Shown: piece after piece, positions 18,429-29,402 of the stretch
Layout of the letters: the number at the start of each line of letters is the position of its first letter
Position numbering within the stretch: the stretch's first letter is position 1
Source of the DNA: an uncultured Nitrospiraceae bacterium
GTDB taxonomy: Bacteria; Nitrospirota; Nitrospiria; Nitrospirales; Nitrospiraceae
Assembly: GCA_963706325.1 (NCBI GenBank)
Contig: CAVPLT010000005.1
Location: 32,001-96,000, forward strand
DNA: 64,000 nt
Direction of reading: 5' to 3'
Program-made: the position numbers and the translations under genes
Notes under the pieces: generated by a model
What the model saw: the letters and a program-made list of their open reading frames with translations, nothing else
Database searches by the model: none
What the model was told of the DNA's origin: nothing

Positions 18429-19460
18429 TTATCTCCCCGACGGAGACAATCCGAGAGCTCGTGTTCGACTTTCTATTGCGCTGGAAAGCAGAGACACAAT
18501 TCTATTTTCGGCCCAAAACCGATCCTCTCCTGGGCGACCTTTTTGAAGAAATCCACAATGCCCGCCGTACCGCGATAGTATCGTCGTGATGTTCGGATTG
18601 CACCTGACCGCCGGTATGTCGAATATGGAGACGGGAATGAAGGGATCATCCTGCGCGGTCATCACCACTGTGGGAACAGCAATGTTGTGCAGTACGTGAC
18701 GGGCTCCAGCACGATCATAGTAATCGGCCACATTGGCATACCCTCCGTTCCGGGCAGTGTAACAGGCATCGAACTGAGTGATGGTCTTGATCGCCCTCAG
18801 TGGGGTCAGGTCCCATTCGTTCGGAAAGAGTTTTGCCTTTCGTCTCATTCGAGCCTTGAGGGCGGAGAGGAAGTGATAATGATAAAGCCAATTTTCGGGC
18901 TGTTCCAAGGCAGCGACGCAGCGTGTCAGATCAATGTTCGGACTGACTGCCACCACGCCCGCCAATGCCGGCTCAGACCCGCCCATTTCACCCGCGGCCT
19001 TTAGAACAAGATTCCCGCCCATCGAATAGCCCACGAGCCAGATGTTAACCAGCCCTTCCCTTGCGGCGAGTTCACGGACAATCGTTCGATAGTCGCTGCT
19101 GAGACCGCTGTTATAGAGCGTGGGTGTAAGGTGGTCGGTGCCTCCGCAAGTACGCTGATTCATCCGTATGACGTTGAAGCCTGCTCTGTAGGCTTTAGAC
19201 GTAATTCCGCGCATGTAGTGAGAGTCTGCGCATCCTTCTAATCCGTGGACTAGCAGGATGGTCGGCGAGGCCCTGGGGTTGTCTTGCCAATGGCAGAATC
19301 CCAAGAGCTGGGTGTCTTCTTCTACGGTGAAGAGGCGCACGCTTGATGGGATACGCCGCCTAGAATGGTTGCGGGGCCAATACCGAGGCACCAGCGTCAT
19401 GAGATGTGGGTTGCGAAGCAGGAGAGGGGGAACGAAGTCATTCATCAGGTTCATTCCCAT
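18429..19460 (-). CDS. YheT-family alpha/beta hydrolase (esterase)
   Basis: NPHLMT, HGLEG, GYSMGG, DDPFI, GGHCGF. Confidence 0.87.
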   Translation of the reverse strand: MGMNLMNDFVPPLLLRNPHLMTLVPRYWPRNHSRRRIPSSVRLFTVEEDTQLLGFCHWQDNPRASPTILLVHGLEGCADSHYMRGITSKAYRAGFNVIRMNQRTCGGTDHLTPTLYNSGLSSDYRTIVRELAAREGLVNIWLVGYSMGGNLVLKAAGEMGGSEPALAGVVAVSPNIDLTRCVAALEQPENWLYHYHFLSALKARMRRKAKLFPNEWDLTPLRAIKTITQFDACYTARNGGYANVADYYDRAGARHVLHNIAVPTVVMTAQDDPFIPVSIFDIPAVRCNPNITTILSRYGGHCGFLQKGRPGEDRFWAENRIVSLLSSAIESRTRALGLSPSGR

Positions 19461-19992
19461 CCATCTTAAAGGAAAGTCACCGTCTAGTGGAATTGTTTCG
19501 CCTAATGATTGGGGCTATGATCAGGAGTCATGAGGTGGCTGTCGATGAATTGGCCATGTCCGGTATGGCCGGTTCCAACCGAGAAGGTGGGGAGGGTCGT
19601 ATAGTGGAGACGTCCGGGATCTGTGGCCAGGCTATCCGAGTATGGACCGCGGAAGAATATTTTTAATTATTGGTCGAAGGGGCTTTTTATGCAACGACAC
19701 AACCACAGCAAAGAACGTACCCCTCCAGCTGTCGCTATGGCCCCCAGTCTGGCATGCCGACTGATTCAGCCACCCTTGGATCGGCTCGCACTGAGTGGCG
19801 CCTCTTAGGTCGGAACAAGGTTTTTCTCACTCAACATCCCTCCACGTAGCTGGCGATTGGATCTTCTATGACTTGACGAAGATCACCACAAGCCTTTGGC
19901 AGCTTTTTATGATGAGCGAATGAACCTTGCCCGAGGCCGATGCATGCCGGCTTGGCAGCAACTTTTCAATGATGCCGAGGACATTGATGGGT

Positions 19993-21738
19993 TCACATAC
20001 TTCGACCAGCCTTAACCTTCTCGGATTCCAAATTCTGTGAGTCAGTTCCCATGCCAGACGATCGGAACGCTTGGCAAGACTTAAGATACTCGAGGATGGT
20101 CGGCTTCGAGACCTTCAAGGCCTGGAAGGCGTGTCGGATTAAGGTATGAGCCCCCTCGACCTCAGGCAGGATGACTTCCGTTGCTCCCACGTCTTTCAGG
20201 TCTTCAGCCTCGCGAAAGCCATGCGCTCGGGCAAGAAGAGGGGTGCTCTCGTTGAGCTCGCGGAGTCGTCGAAGGGTAAGGGCGGCCTCGTGGATCAATG
20301 GAAGCGCCACAATCACCAGCGCCGCGTGTTGGGCGCCGGCCGCTTTCAGTAATTCCATTTGGGATGCGTCCCCGTAGACGCAGGAAATTCCGCGTCGACG
20401 TAACTGACGAACGTTCTCTGGGTCGCGCTCAATCACGGTGTACGGAAGCTCAAAATGATCGAGGGCGAGCCCCACCGTGCTGCCCATGCGACCAAAACCA
20501 CAGAGCACTACATGTCCGGCTTGGTCGTCAGGAACCCCCCCTTGAATCGGTAAGAAGGCTCGTCCCATTTTGAAGTGCAATGTAGCGATCCACCCCGGCG
20601 CATACCGAACGAGAGGCGCGTTGAGGAGAATACTCAGCAGCGAAGCGGCCAGGGTGGCATTGTAAACATCCTCGCTCACCTGGCCTGCCGTTTTGGCGAC
20701 CTGCACCAACACGAAGGAAAACTCTCCGATCTGCGTGAGACCGACACCCACAAGTAGGGCCGTGCCCCAAGTATAACGAAACAGTCTCACCACCAGCGTC
20801 CAAATGATGAATTTTCCCCCGATAATCAGTCCTAGCATGAGGCCTAGCAGTGGTAGGTTGGCCCATACCACGCGCGGATCGATCAGGATACCGATTGTCA
20901 CAAAGAAAAGCGCCACGAACGCGTCGCGTAGTGAAAGAAGACGGGCTAGCGTTTCATGACCATATTCCGACCCGCTAATGATCAATCCTGCCAGAAACGC
21001 GCCGAGTGCCAGGGATAAACCCGCCAACTGAGTCACGGCTGCCGTCCCGATACCAATAGACAGAGCTACCAATAGAAAGAGTTCCGCATTTTGCGTCCTC
21101 GCGATGCGAGTCAGCAACGGCGGAATAGCTTTGGCCGCGAGATACCCGAAAGGAACCAAAATCAGGACCGCTAGCCATAAGGCCTTCCCAATGGTTGCAA
21201 AGCGGCCCGGTTCCAGAGCGCCGAGCGCCGGGATCAGCACGGTGAGCGCGACCACCGCCAGGTCTTCCACAAGGGTGATCCCGATCATTACCCTGCCATG
21301 CTTGGCACGCAAGTCTCCGCTGTCCAGAAGCAAGCGCGCCAGAACCATCGTGCTGGCCACGGATACCACCGACCCGATTACGACGCTTTGAATCCAACTC
21401 CAACCCACCACATGGCCAAGACCGACGGAGAGGAGAATGGAAAGAAAGATGCCGAGTGGCCCTCCCAGTAGGGCGACCCAGCGAACCCGCAACAAATCGT
21501 TCAGGGAAAATTCAATGCCGATGCAGAACATCAGCAGGATCACGCCAATCTCGGCAAACAATTCGAAACTATGAACATCCGAAATGGAGGGACCGGGAGT
21601 CAGGGGGCTGATCAAAATCCCGCCGAAGACATATCCAAGAATCAGCGGTTGACGAAGGAGATAAGCGGAGGAGCCACCTAGGACGGCGGCAGTAAAGACG
21701 TAAGCGAGATCTCGGAAGAAAATGGGATCAGGGGCCAT
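19993..21738 (-). CDS. CPA2 cation:proton antiporter with TrkA-N domain (YbaL/Kef-like)
   Basis: Multi-TM region, QIGEFSFV, GFGRMG Rossmann motif, YGDAS. Confidence 0.88.
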   Translation of the reverse strand: MAPDPIFFRDLAYVFTAAVLGGSSAYLLRQPLILGYVFGGILISPLTPGPSISDVHSFELFAEIGVILLMFCIGIEFSLNDLLRVRWVALLGGPLGIFLSILLSVGLGHVVGWSWIQSVVIGSVVSVASTMVLARLLLDSGDLRAKHGRVMIGITLVEDLAVVALTVLIPALGALEPGRFATIGKALWLAVLILVPFGYLAAKAIPPLLTRIARTQNAELFLLVALSIGIGTAAVTQLAGLSLALGAFLAGLIISGSEYGHETLARLLSLRDAFVALFFVTIGILIDPRVVWANLPLLGLMLGLIIGGKFIIWTLVVRLFRYTWGTALLVGVGLTQIGEFSFVLVQVAKTAGQVSEDVYNATLAASLLSILLNAPLVRYAPGWIATLHFKMGRAFLPIQGGVPDDQAGHVVLCGFGRMGSTVGLALDHFELPYTVIERDPENVRQLRRRGISCVYGDASQMELLKAAGAQHAALVIVALPLIHEAALTLRRLRELNESTPLLARAHGFREAEDLKDVGATEVILPEVEGAHTLIRHAFQALKVSKPTILEYLKSCQAFRSSGMGTDSQNLESEKVKAGRSM

Positions 21739-22001
21739 GGGTCTTCTCACATAGAAGGCCGTACTTTGGTGCAGCATAGCATGAACGAGCGCTGACTGAT
21801 GCGATAAGTGAAATGATAAAGGATTGTTTGATGGGGCGATCGCGCTGAATATTTAGCCATTATCAGTCATGGCGGTTTGCATCGCGCAGTTCCTCCGTTG
21901 TTTGATCAGTAGTGCTGTTTTAGCAGCTTATGTAATGACTCTATATGAGCTGATGAATAGCCGCGATAGATAGGAGGCATAAGTTGAATGAAAATGTCTG
22001 A

Positions 22002-22064
22002 CGAAAGGAACGGCGTAATGGCGATTGCACCTGCCGGAGCAATTTGCGAACTTTGCACGCGTGT
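22002..22064 (+). pseudogene. 5' remnant of a large serine recombinase paralogous to the gene starting at 30362
   Basis: 49 of 63 ungapped identity to 30346-30408, covering RBS, ATG and first codons. Confidence 0.7.
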
Positions 22065-22146
22065 CCCTATGTAAGCTCCCGTAGATCGAGACAGTCATTA
22101 GTAGAACTTTCTGGCACATGACGGTGGCCCCATACTGAGACGGTTC

Positions 22147-23010
22147 TTAACCAGAGTAGACGGCCTCTTCGACGATCGGTTGTCGCTGACGTTGTGCGAC
22201 ACACTCACGTGGGGTCAGGTGCCCAAGCGAGCTGTGAGGCCGACGCTGATTGTAGTCCACGCGCCAGGCTTCGATAATGGCCTGGGCCTCGGCCAGCGAA
22301 GCGAACTGGTGCACGTTCAAACACTCGTCTCGTAGGCGCCCGTTACACGATTCAATAAAGGCGTTTTTCACGGGTTTGCCCGGTCGAATGAAGTCCAACT
22401 GCACACCGCGCCGATAGGCCCAATCCTCCCAGGCTCGCGATTGAAATTCCGTCCCATGATCGACCGTGATCGAGCGAGGCACCGCTGGTATGTCCAGCAC
22501 ACGATCCAGCACCTGACCGACCGTCTGTCCCGTCATCCGAAACCCTGCCTCTAGTAGGGGACTGTGCCGACTCCAATTATCCACGACCGTCAAGATCCGA
22601 AACGGCCGCCCATCGGCCAGCGTATCATGGACAAAATCCATGCTCCAGCGCTCGGTCGGGCCCACCGGGACTGGAGCCGGGCCTCGGTGCAATGCGATAT
22701 GTTTTCGTCTCCGCACCCGCATCCGTAGCTGTAATCCATCGAGGCGGTAGAGCCGCCGGACGCGTGTGCGATTCACCGGCCAGCCCTCGCGACGCCGTAA
22801 CACCCCGATGCGCATGGAGCCAAATCGAGGTCGGGCATGGGCCAGATCGCGAATGCGCAACCGTCATGCGGACTGAGCCTTAGCCCGACGCCGGCGATAC
22901 CAAGAGGCTCGGCCGAATTGCGCCAACCGACAGGCCCGCAGGCAACTGACGCGGAAGGTATCTTGAAACCAGCCAGCCAGTTCTCGACGGCGTGCGGGCC
23001 TTAGACTTTT
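22147..23010 (-). pseudogene. IS3 transposase OrfB with in-frame stop
   Basis: WSMDF, TVDHGTEF, GRLRDECLN, YNQRRPHSSLG; TGA at 22864-22866 in the -1 frame. Confidence 0.82.
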
Positions 23011-23267
23011 TTTCGCAGGGCCTCCGACAGCATATGTTTATCGAGCGAGAGGTCTGCCACTAGCCGTTTGAGTCGGGCGTTTTCCTCTTCCACCTGGCGC
23101 AACCGACGGAGCTCGCTCACGCCCAGATGCGCATACTTCTTTTTCCAGGTGTAGCAGGTGGCCTCGCTGACGCCGAGCTGCCGACAGAGGTCGCCAGTCG
23201 GGGTCCCACTCTCGGCTTGCCGCATGGCATAAACGATCTGCTCTTCAGAGCATCGTGACCGCTTCAT
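23001..23267 (-). CDS. IS3 transposase OrfA (HTH), degenerate
   Basis: MKRSR.SEEQI...LCRQLGVSEAT.YTWKKKY...EENARLKRLVADLSLD. Confidence 0.8.
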   Translation of the reverse strand: MKRSRCSEEQIVYAMRQAESGTPTGDLCRQLGVSEATCYTWKKKYAHLGVSELRRLRQVEEENARLKRLVADLSLDKHMLSEALRKKV

Positions 23268-23389
23268 CGATCCACTCCTTTCGTCGAGGACCGCCGCAGC
23301 CGCCATGTTACTCTCGTTTTGATCTGCCGTCGCTTTCCGGGGAGACGTCACAGGCTAGTACAGCACGGTCAGGAGGGTGCCTGCGTGCA

Positions 23390-24484
23390 GTTTATGTCTG
23401 TTCCTTCGATCAATATGCAAGCAGAGTAAACGGAAAACATACGTTGCCGCCGTGCGGGAGACCGCCAGACAAGGGTTAATGGCCCACGGCCACCTGTCGG
23501 CTATCGAGCGGTGGAAGTGCCGCCCCCTCAGCAATAAGGCATGAAAAAACAGTTGGAAGTGGAGGAAAGTGAAGTGGTCGTGGTCAATCGGATCCTTCGA
23601 TGGTACCTGCATGTAGATCGGGGCAAGAGCTTGACTTATATGGGGTAGCTGCCTGCTTGAATGAGCAGGGAATCCTTGTTCTGGGCCGTCGATGAAGCAA
23701 GGGCGCATCTGTGAGGTCCTTAACCAACCGCGCCTATATCAGGGAGCACTATTTCAATAAATACGAAAAGCGAGGCGGGGATGTTCGGAGAATGACGCCG
23801 CGTGCGGAATCGGTGTCGGTCAAAGTCTTGTCAATCGTAGCCGGCGATCTTCTTGGCCTTGAAAGAGAAGTTGCAGTCACGATCCCTTCAGCGTGTTGCG
23901 CCACGGGATGTCAATTGTCCTACGTTGCTCAGGAGGCTTCTCAAGTGTGGGGTTTGTGTGGCGGGGATGATGCTGGCAACGGGCAAAGGCGGAGAATATC
24001 GCTATGACGAATGTTCGAGCAGGATTCACAAGAGGAAGGACATCTGCACCAGCAAAAGACTTGCCGAGAGAGCTGGTTGACCGGCTGATCCTTTCATCCT
24101 TGGCTGATCGAGTCTTGACGCTCACACGAGTCCGCACCAGGTTGGAAGGGTTGAGGAAGGGTCTGAAGCGGTCGCAATCCGACCAGGAGGGCAACTTCAA
24201 ACAACTGACCATGGAAGTGGAACGTCTGCAGCCGAGCAGCAAACAGCTCTAGGAGCAGGGAAGAGAAGAGGTACAGCTCTTTACCAGGATTCCACGGGGG
24301 CGTTTGCCTGAAAAGGGTCGGATTTCAGCAAGAAGTATCTCAAGCCTCTCGTCGAGAAGACTCGGTACCTCGGCAAACAGCTGGTGCTGAAGGGCAGCTA
24401 TGCAGCGCTTGCCAGAATAGTAGGTGAGAAAAAGGACGCCCCACAGAGTGAAGTGCCCAGTTTCGGTCTAGGTTGGCTCCACGG
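23390..24484 (+). pseudogene. Decayed large serine recombinase
   Basis: Fragments in several frames: FDQYASRVNGKHTL, LTNRAYIREHYFNK, zinc ribbon LLKCGVC...ECSSRIHK...ICT, coiled coil, ending VPSFGLGWL. Confidence 0.75.
24470..24484 (+). repeat. Putative att direct repeat matching the tRNA-Asn 3' end region
   Basis: AGGTTGGCTCCACGG versus AGGTTGGCTCCCCGG at 31864-31878 (14 of 15). Confidence 0.6.
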
Positions 24485-24657
24485 ATTGTATCCCAGTCGG
24501 ACCCTTCAATTTGAGTTATTGCGCGGCGCAAACGCAACCTAGAATCATAAGGTTTCTGTCCGGAAACAAATAGAAAACGGAACCACGGATAACTCAGCAG
24601 GTCGCAACTCTGAACCATGGTCCGACAGTAGAGGCTACCAAGGGCAATCCCATCATC

Positions 24658-26046
24658 TCATGCCCTTCCCCTCACACTACCTGTGGCGGCCTGTTCTTCA
24701 ATCCCTGGTCGATGAGGATCAAGCGCTTTCAGATCGATCTGATCGGCTAGATGTGCTGCAAGAAACCGGTGGAATGCTGGGCTGTAGTGCAGCTCATCCA
24801 CGACGGCCTTTCGGTGGTGGCCCCAGGTTTCGAAGAGCTCGCCTAAGTAGAGGATGTCTGGATCATGACGCATTCGGGTATAGGTTCCTTCTGCAATGGA
24901 GCGCCATTCAAAGAAATCCTCGGGCAAGGACCGCCGGTAGAGCGCCGGCGGGTAATTAAAGACCGCATGGGGCTGCAGCGCGAAGAGCGGCGTCACGGAA
25001 TACAGCTCAGCGATGGCCTTCGCCAAAGCGCGATTCTGACGAAACATATTGACTTGATAATTCACCACCTGCGCATCCGCCAGGCTTTCTCGCTCTGCCA
25101 CGGTCAGGGAGTGATGCTCTTGCAGGTGAGAGCTCAAGGATCTAGCCAGCCGTACAAAGGGGATCCATCGTAACGTGTCTAAGACGGGGCGGTGAGCCTC
25201 CTCGACCTCCCCAGCGAACTGCAAATTGTGAAACTGGGCTTTGATTCGGTCGTAAAACTCGGGTAGGTCCTGCGTTTCGCCGGTATTGACCCCGTCTAAG
25301 AAGATCGCCACCTGAGGGCGTTGACCACTTTTCAGGAGGTCCATGAGCAGAACCGTCTCTTGGCTTGGATAATAGTAGCCTCGCCCATAGTTGACGACTT
25401 CGATATGGAATCCTAACGACTGAGCACGAGCTCGCTCATTCAGGATTTGGGAAAGATAGGTGGGCCACGTCTGTTCATCGGAGACGTTATAACCGAATGT
25501 CGTACTCCCCCCCAGTGCGAAGACTTTTACGACAGGTAATTTTAGTGCGTTGACGGGGTTGATGGTACGCCGCGTCAAGAATCCTCTAGGGTCCGGTTCA
25601 ACAGTGACTCGCTTGCCCTGGAACGCCGGTTCAGCAAACTCCACCCAGGGTTGATAGGTCATGCCTGCCTTCCCGAGGTCATAAAAATCGTCCAACACAT
25701 CGGCCACATACGCAGGATCACTTTCACCGTAGGCCTGGAAATCAATCCACGCCATCTGATACTCATTTCTTTTCGCTGTGGAAACAGGGGATCCATCGGG
25801 GTTGAAACGGGGAGCCGCTGCGACATTCAGTGCGGCCGTGGCCTCATTGCGGGAGGACCGGGCATCCCGTATCGCATAGACTATGCCCAGCGCTAAGTTG
25901 GCGGCGATTAGTAGAACGATGATGTCGAGGAGGACCACCGCCGTCGTCACATACCGCTGAAACAATGTGCGCCCGGTCAGTCGGCGCACACCACTGAGCA
26001 GAGCAGTCACCCGCGATTCAACAGACCGAGGAAAATGTATATCCAT
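24658..26046 (-). CDS. Membrane-anchored SGNH/GDSL hydrolase
   Basis: N-terminal TM helix, GGSTTFG block I, DGVN block III, DELH block V. Confidence 0.75.
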   Translation of the reverse strand: MDIHFPRSVESRVTALLSGVRRLTGRTLFQRYVTTAVVLLDIIVLLIAANLALGIVYAIRDARSSRNEATAALNVAAAPRFNPDGSPVSTAKRNEYQMAWIDFQAYGESDPAYVADVLDDFYDLGKAGMTYQPWVEFAEPAFQGKRVTVEPDPRGFLTRRTINPVNALKLPVVKVFALGGSTTFGYNVSDEQTWPTYLSQILNERARAQSLGFHIEVVNYGRGYYYPSQETVLLMDLLKSGQRPQVAIFLDGVNTGETQDLPEFYDRIKAQFHNLQFAGEVEEAHRPVLDTLRWIPFVRLARSLSSHLQEHHSLTVAERESLADAQVVNYQVNMFRQNRALAKAIAELYSVTPLFALQPHAVFNYPPALYRRSLPEDFFEWRSIAEGTYTRMRHDPDILYLGELFETWGHHRKAVVDELHYSPAFHRFLAAHLADQIDLKALDPHRPGIEEQAATGSVRGRA

Positions 26047-26469
26047 AGTCCGCTCCTTCGTGCCTGTCCCAGCATAATTACCGTCTCACGATAAGGTGCT
26101 GAAGACTAGTCCCAAAAAGAGTTATGCTCTTCGGGGTTACACCCGGGTACTTCAAAAGGGGGAATCTGCTATAAGGGCTAGGCCTGGCTCACGAAGCTAT
26201 CAGTTCTTCATACATCCACGTCTCACGTCCATCTGAGGCATTTTCCCTCTTTAGAGGCGTGCCGTACCGTTTGCCCACCACCTCCACAACCTCGCCTTGT
26301 AAAACGCTAGGTATGTATGTTGTCCAAATAGCCCCCCAAACTATATCCGTTACGAACCCTGAGGTTTGAGCTCTCTACGGGCCGCCGCCATACCCAGACA
26401 ATAAAATAATGACTTACTGAATTTAAGTATGACCTCCTTGCGATTGCCCGAACTGTTACGCGGTCCCGT

Positions 26470-27200
26470 ACTCCACTGAGTTGGCCGCAGCGACTCAGGC
26501 TTGAAGAATCGGCTCCCAAGGGCTGCCAAGATGATCGGCGTGAAACCGATCACGGCGGCATAGACCAGCAGGCCCGCATTGCCGATCACCCCGTTTTTGT
26601 AGAAGACCGTAGCCCACGAAAAGCAGGACATGCGTGACGGCTCCGGCGCCGAACGCCACGCCAACGACCTTGCCGCTGTACGGTCCGCGAATTGCGCAGG
26701 CGTAAATGACCCAGACGGACAACGGAATAAACAAGCATGACGCTACTCCATAGGCCGGTGTTGTAGCCGCCCTGCAAGATGCCCCCCGCGGTGTGCAGCA
26801 AGTCCGTTGGCAAAGATCAATCCCCAAAAGCTAAGGCCGATGAGAACGTTGCGCCTGCCGAGGTATGCCGCTAGCGGTGCCCCGAACCACATGAGGGCGA
26901 TGTTCACCACCGGGTAGAAGGCCAGCGGAATCGGGCAGTCCGGGTACGGCGGAAAGCCCAGATTCTTGCAGATCATCCCCTGGATTGAGTAGTCGAACCC
27001 AGCACCGGCAGGCTGTATTCCTCGAACTGATGAACCAGGTAGAGCGGCGTGGCGAGCCACCCCAGCCACACTGCATCACGCCATCGCGATACCTTGGTGT
27101 TGCCCCGGAATGTGTCGGTCGTCAGCAGGATGGCGACCATCGGGATTATTCCACCCAACCCTATGAACGGCCAAAAGGTGTAGAACCAGTGTGGTTGCAT
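26470..27200 (-). pseudogene. HXXEE-domain membrane protein, frameshifted as assembled
   Basis: YLVHQFEEY; continuous membrane protein split by about four single-base indels; 3' end approximate. Confidence 0.7.
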
Positions 27201-28087
27201 GGTGGCTCCCTATTGTTGCAGTGCGTTCCGTTAGGCCGATGACTCGTTAAAATAGCGTTTAGCCCTTAGTTTACAACTGTCAGAAGTGACAGGTGGTATT
27301 GCCGATTGTCTTTTTGTTGATCGGATGCTCTTCGGAATCTCATCACTCGACAATGAGTTAGATTTCCTTGCTACCCTTCTTTTACTAATCCTAGGTTTAG
27401 AAGAGAAGCTCACGGAGGGGGAAGGAAAATGTATATAGAGCTTGTCGAAGACGAAAAAGTAGGAAGCTTAATATCACTTTGAAAGGTGCTGACTCCCTGG
27501 ACTGGACAAAGACCCGAATTACCCTTGATCCTACTTTGACCATATAGATCAAGTGAAGCGGGGGCTGCGCCCCCGAGCCCCCCGGCCGTCCGGCCCCGGC
27601 AGTCCGGAGCGGCCGGCGGGCCTTCGTGGTCCGCATAATCTGCGTCTGTGTGATAACCCTGGTCATGGATGTCTCTATTCTTCAAACCTACTAGTGCGGT
27701 GACTCGCCATGGGGACGGCCAAGCTACGCATCGCCGTCATCATTTGATATTACCGTTCATTAGCCTCCCTCACACCCCCTGAAAGCCATCAGGGGGTGAG
27801 CGGGTGCGCTGTAAGAGAGGAGCTCACGGTGAAGCGGTTAGAGACGGAATTTGCGTGCTCGTGAGTCCCGCGCAGGAGCAACAGAGCCAATATCTCTGTG
27901 CGACGCCGTCGCTCTGGTAGCAGATGCGACCCCACACCCGATCAGCCTGACAGAACTCACAGAGCCGTTCTTTGCTGTGTCTCAGAGCAGAGCCAGCCCT
28001 TCCGAGCCCGATCATAAACCGCACCAGTTCGTCCGCAACAGGTGGGACCGAACAGGGAATTGATTGTTCTGACGCACGTATTGCAGC

Positions 28088-28838
28088 TCATGGCTGACTC
28101 GAAGTCAGGCCTTTGCCGAGGATGAGTTGCAAAATAAACCCGTTATAGAGAATCGCATGACCTGCCAGCAGGTCTTCCCAGGTTTTGACCAGCACGACGC
28201 GAGGGATTTCTAATTCCCCTCGAATCCGACGGAAGACATTACGGCTGGACCATTGGTTTCTCATCTCTTCCCACAGAGTGCTCATCGGGAAGCCCAGCGA
28301 GCGCTTCCAGGACCAACACATGTTGACGTACCCGGATTGATCCTGGACATACTGGCTGATGACATATCGGCTCAAGCGATTGCGAGACCGTTGACCCGCC
28401 TCATAGGCCTTAATCCAGACCACTGGGGCGCCATGCAGGGCTTCCCACTGGGCGGAAAGCCAGGCTGGGCAATCCAGAAGCGCCGATGACGTTCGCCATC
28501 TGGGACCCGCCAAGCCCAAAAGATATGCAGCACTCCATGGCCCTCTTCTGTGCGCACTTGGTAATATTCCAAACCTCGATACCCGAGCTGGCGCTCGATT
28601 CGTTGGCGAAGTTGCTTGTGATGATAGGTCAGTTTGTCGGCCTGTCCGCCGTCCGCCGTAGAGAGCGTGACCCAGAGCACCTGGAACTGATGGGCTTCCC
28701 AAAACCACAAGAGCGAGCGAATCCGCTGATAGCCTCGCTTCTGCTTACGGGACCATTCCGGTCTCGACAGGACGACGACCGGATGGCTAAGGCATCTGAG
28801 GATTTGACTCGAACCGAGAGGAGTATCGGCTCAGACAT
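28088..28838 (-). pseudogene. Putative rolling-circle replication initiator (HUH-type), frameshifted as assembled
   Basis: WVTLST (motif I-like), EEGHGVLHIFW (motif II-like), LSRYVISQY (motif III-like); GGAG RBS before ATG 28838. Confidence 0.55.
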
Positions 28839-29029
28839 GAAAAGTCTCCAGCGGTGAGGGTTGGGACGAGAGAGCCGGTAGAAGCGGCTCTCTGGGGTAA
28901 GTGAAAGGACCGCAGGCTCTGACGCGAGCCGTCGCGCCCCTGGAGAAGCAGCAGACCGCAACAAGTAGGTGCGAGGCTTCTTCACGCGCCTGCGGATCGA
29001 TTGGAACGAAATGAATTTCAATGTTCATT

Positions 29030-29302
29030 GTGATGCCCATTGGGCAACATATCGGTACAGCAAGGACTCTAGGGTCCAATGTGAATTCGGTCTGTAACTG
29101 AAACAGTTCATCGACGGTGCAGCCGAAAATACTGCGCCAGTTGCAAGGCCACGAGGAGGCTGGGAACTGCCTTTCCCTGCTCAAGCTCTGGTGACATAGG
29201 AACGGTTCACCCGTATTCTTCGCGCAAGGGCAGCCTTTGATAGGCCGCGTTGAGCTTGCCGGGCTCGCCATTCTTTAAGGTGGTTCTTAACATCATCATC
29301 AT
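29030..29302 (-). pseudogene. Small Xre/Cro HTH regulator, frameshifted; ends approximate
   Basis: NHLKEWR..RGLSKAALARRIRVNRSYVT / EQGKAVPSLLVALQLA / GCTVDELFQL. Confidence 0.65.
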
Positions 29303-29402
29303 CCTCCTCCGTGCGGGCACTATAGAGAGCCGTTGCCCAACGGTCAATAATGGGCTCATTTTTGTTGACTGCAGGACAACATTTCAGGTATATAAGGGCC
29401 CT

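Larger units (their letters stand above)
22119..23350 (-). mobile_element. IS3-family insertion sequence (IS407-like), inactivated
   Basis: Imperfect terminal IRs both starting TGACG; orfA 23001-23267; A7G slippery site; orfB with DDE motifs. Confidence 0.88.

Noticed and set aside
19730..19750. TGGCCCCC as left att boundary of an older island
   Set aside because: Match to the tRNA end is too short to distinguish from chance
22114..23355. Target-site duplication around the IS3
   Set aside because: Flanks (CACA versus CAGG) do not match
27200..27212. TGGCTCCC as an additional att site
   Set aside because: It is the complement of the GGGAG RBS of the HXXEE gene
27824..28080. Small Cys-rich ORF downstream of rep
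   Set aside because: Too short and probably frameshifted; no assignable family
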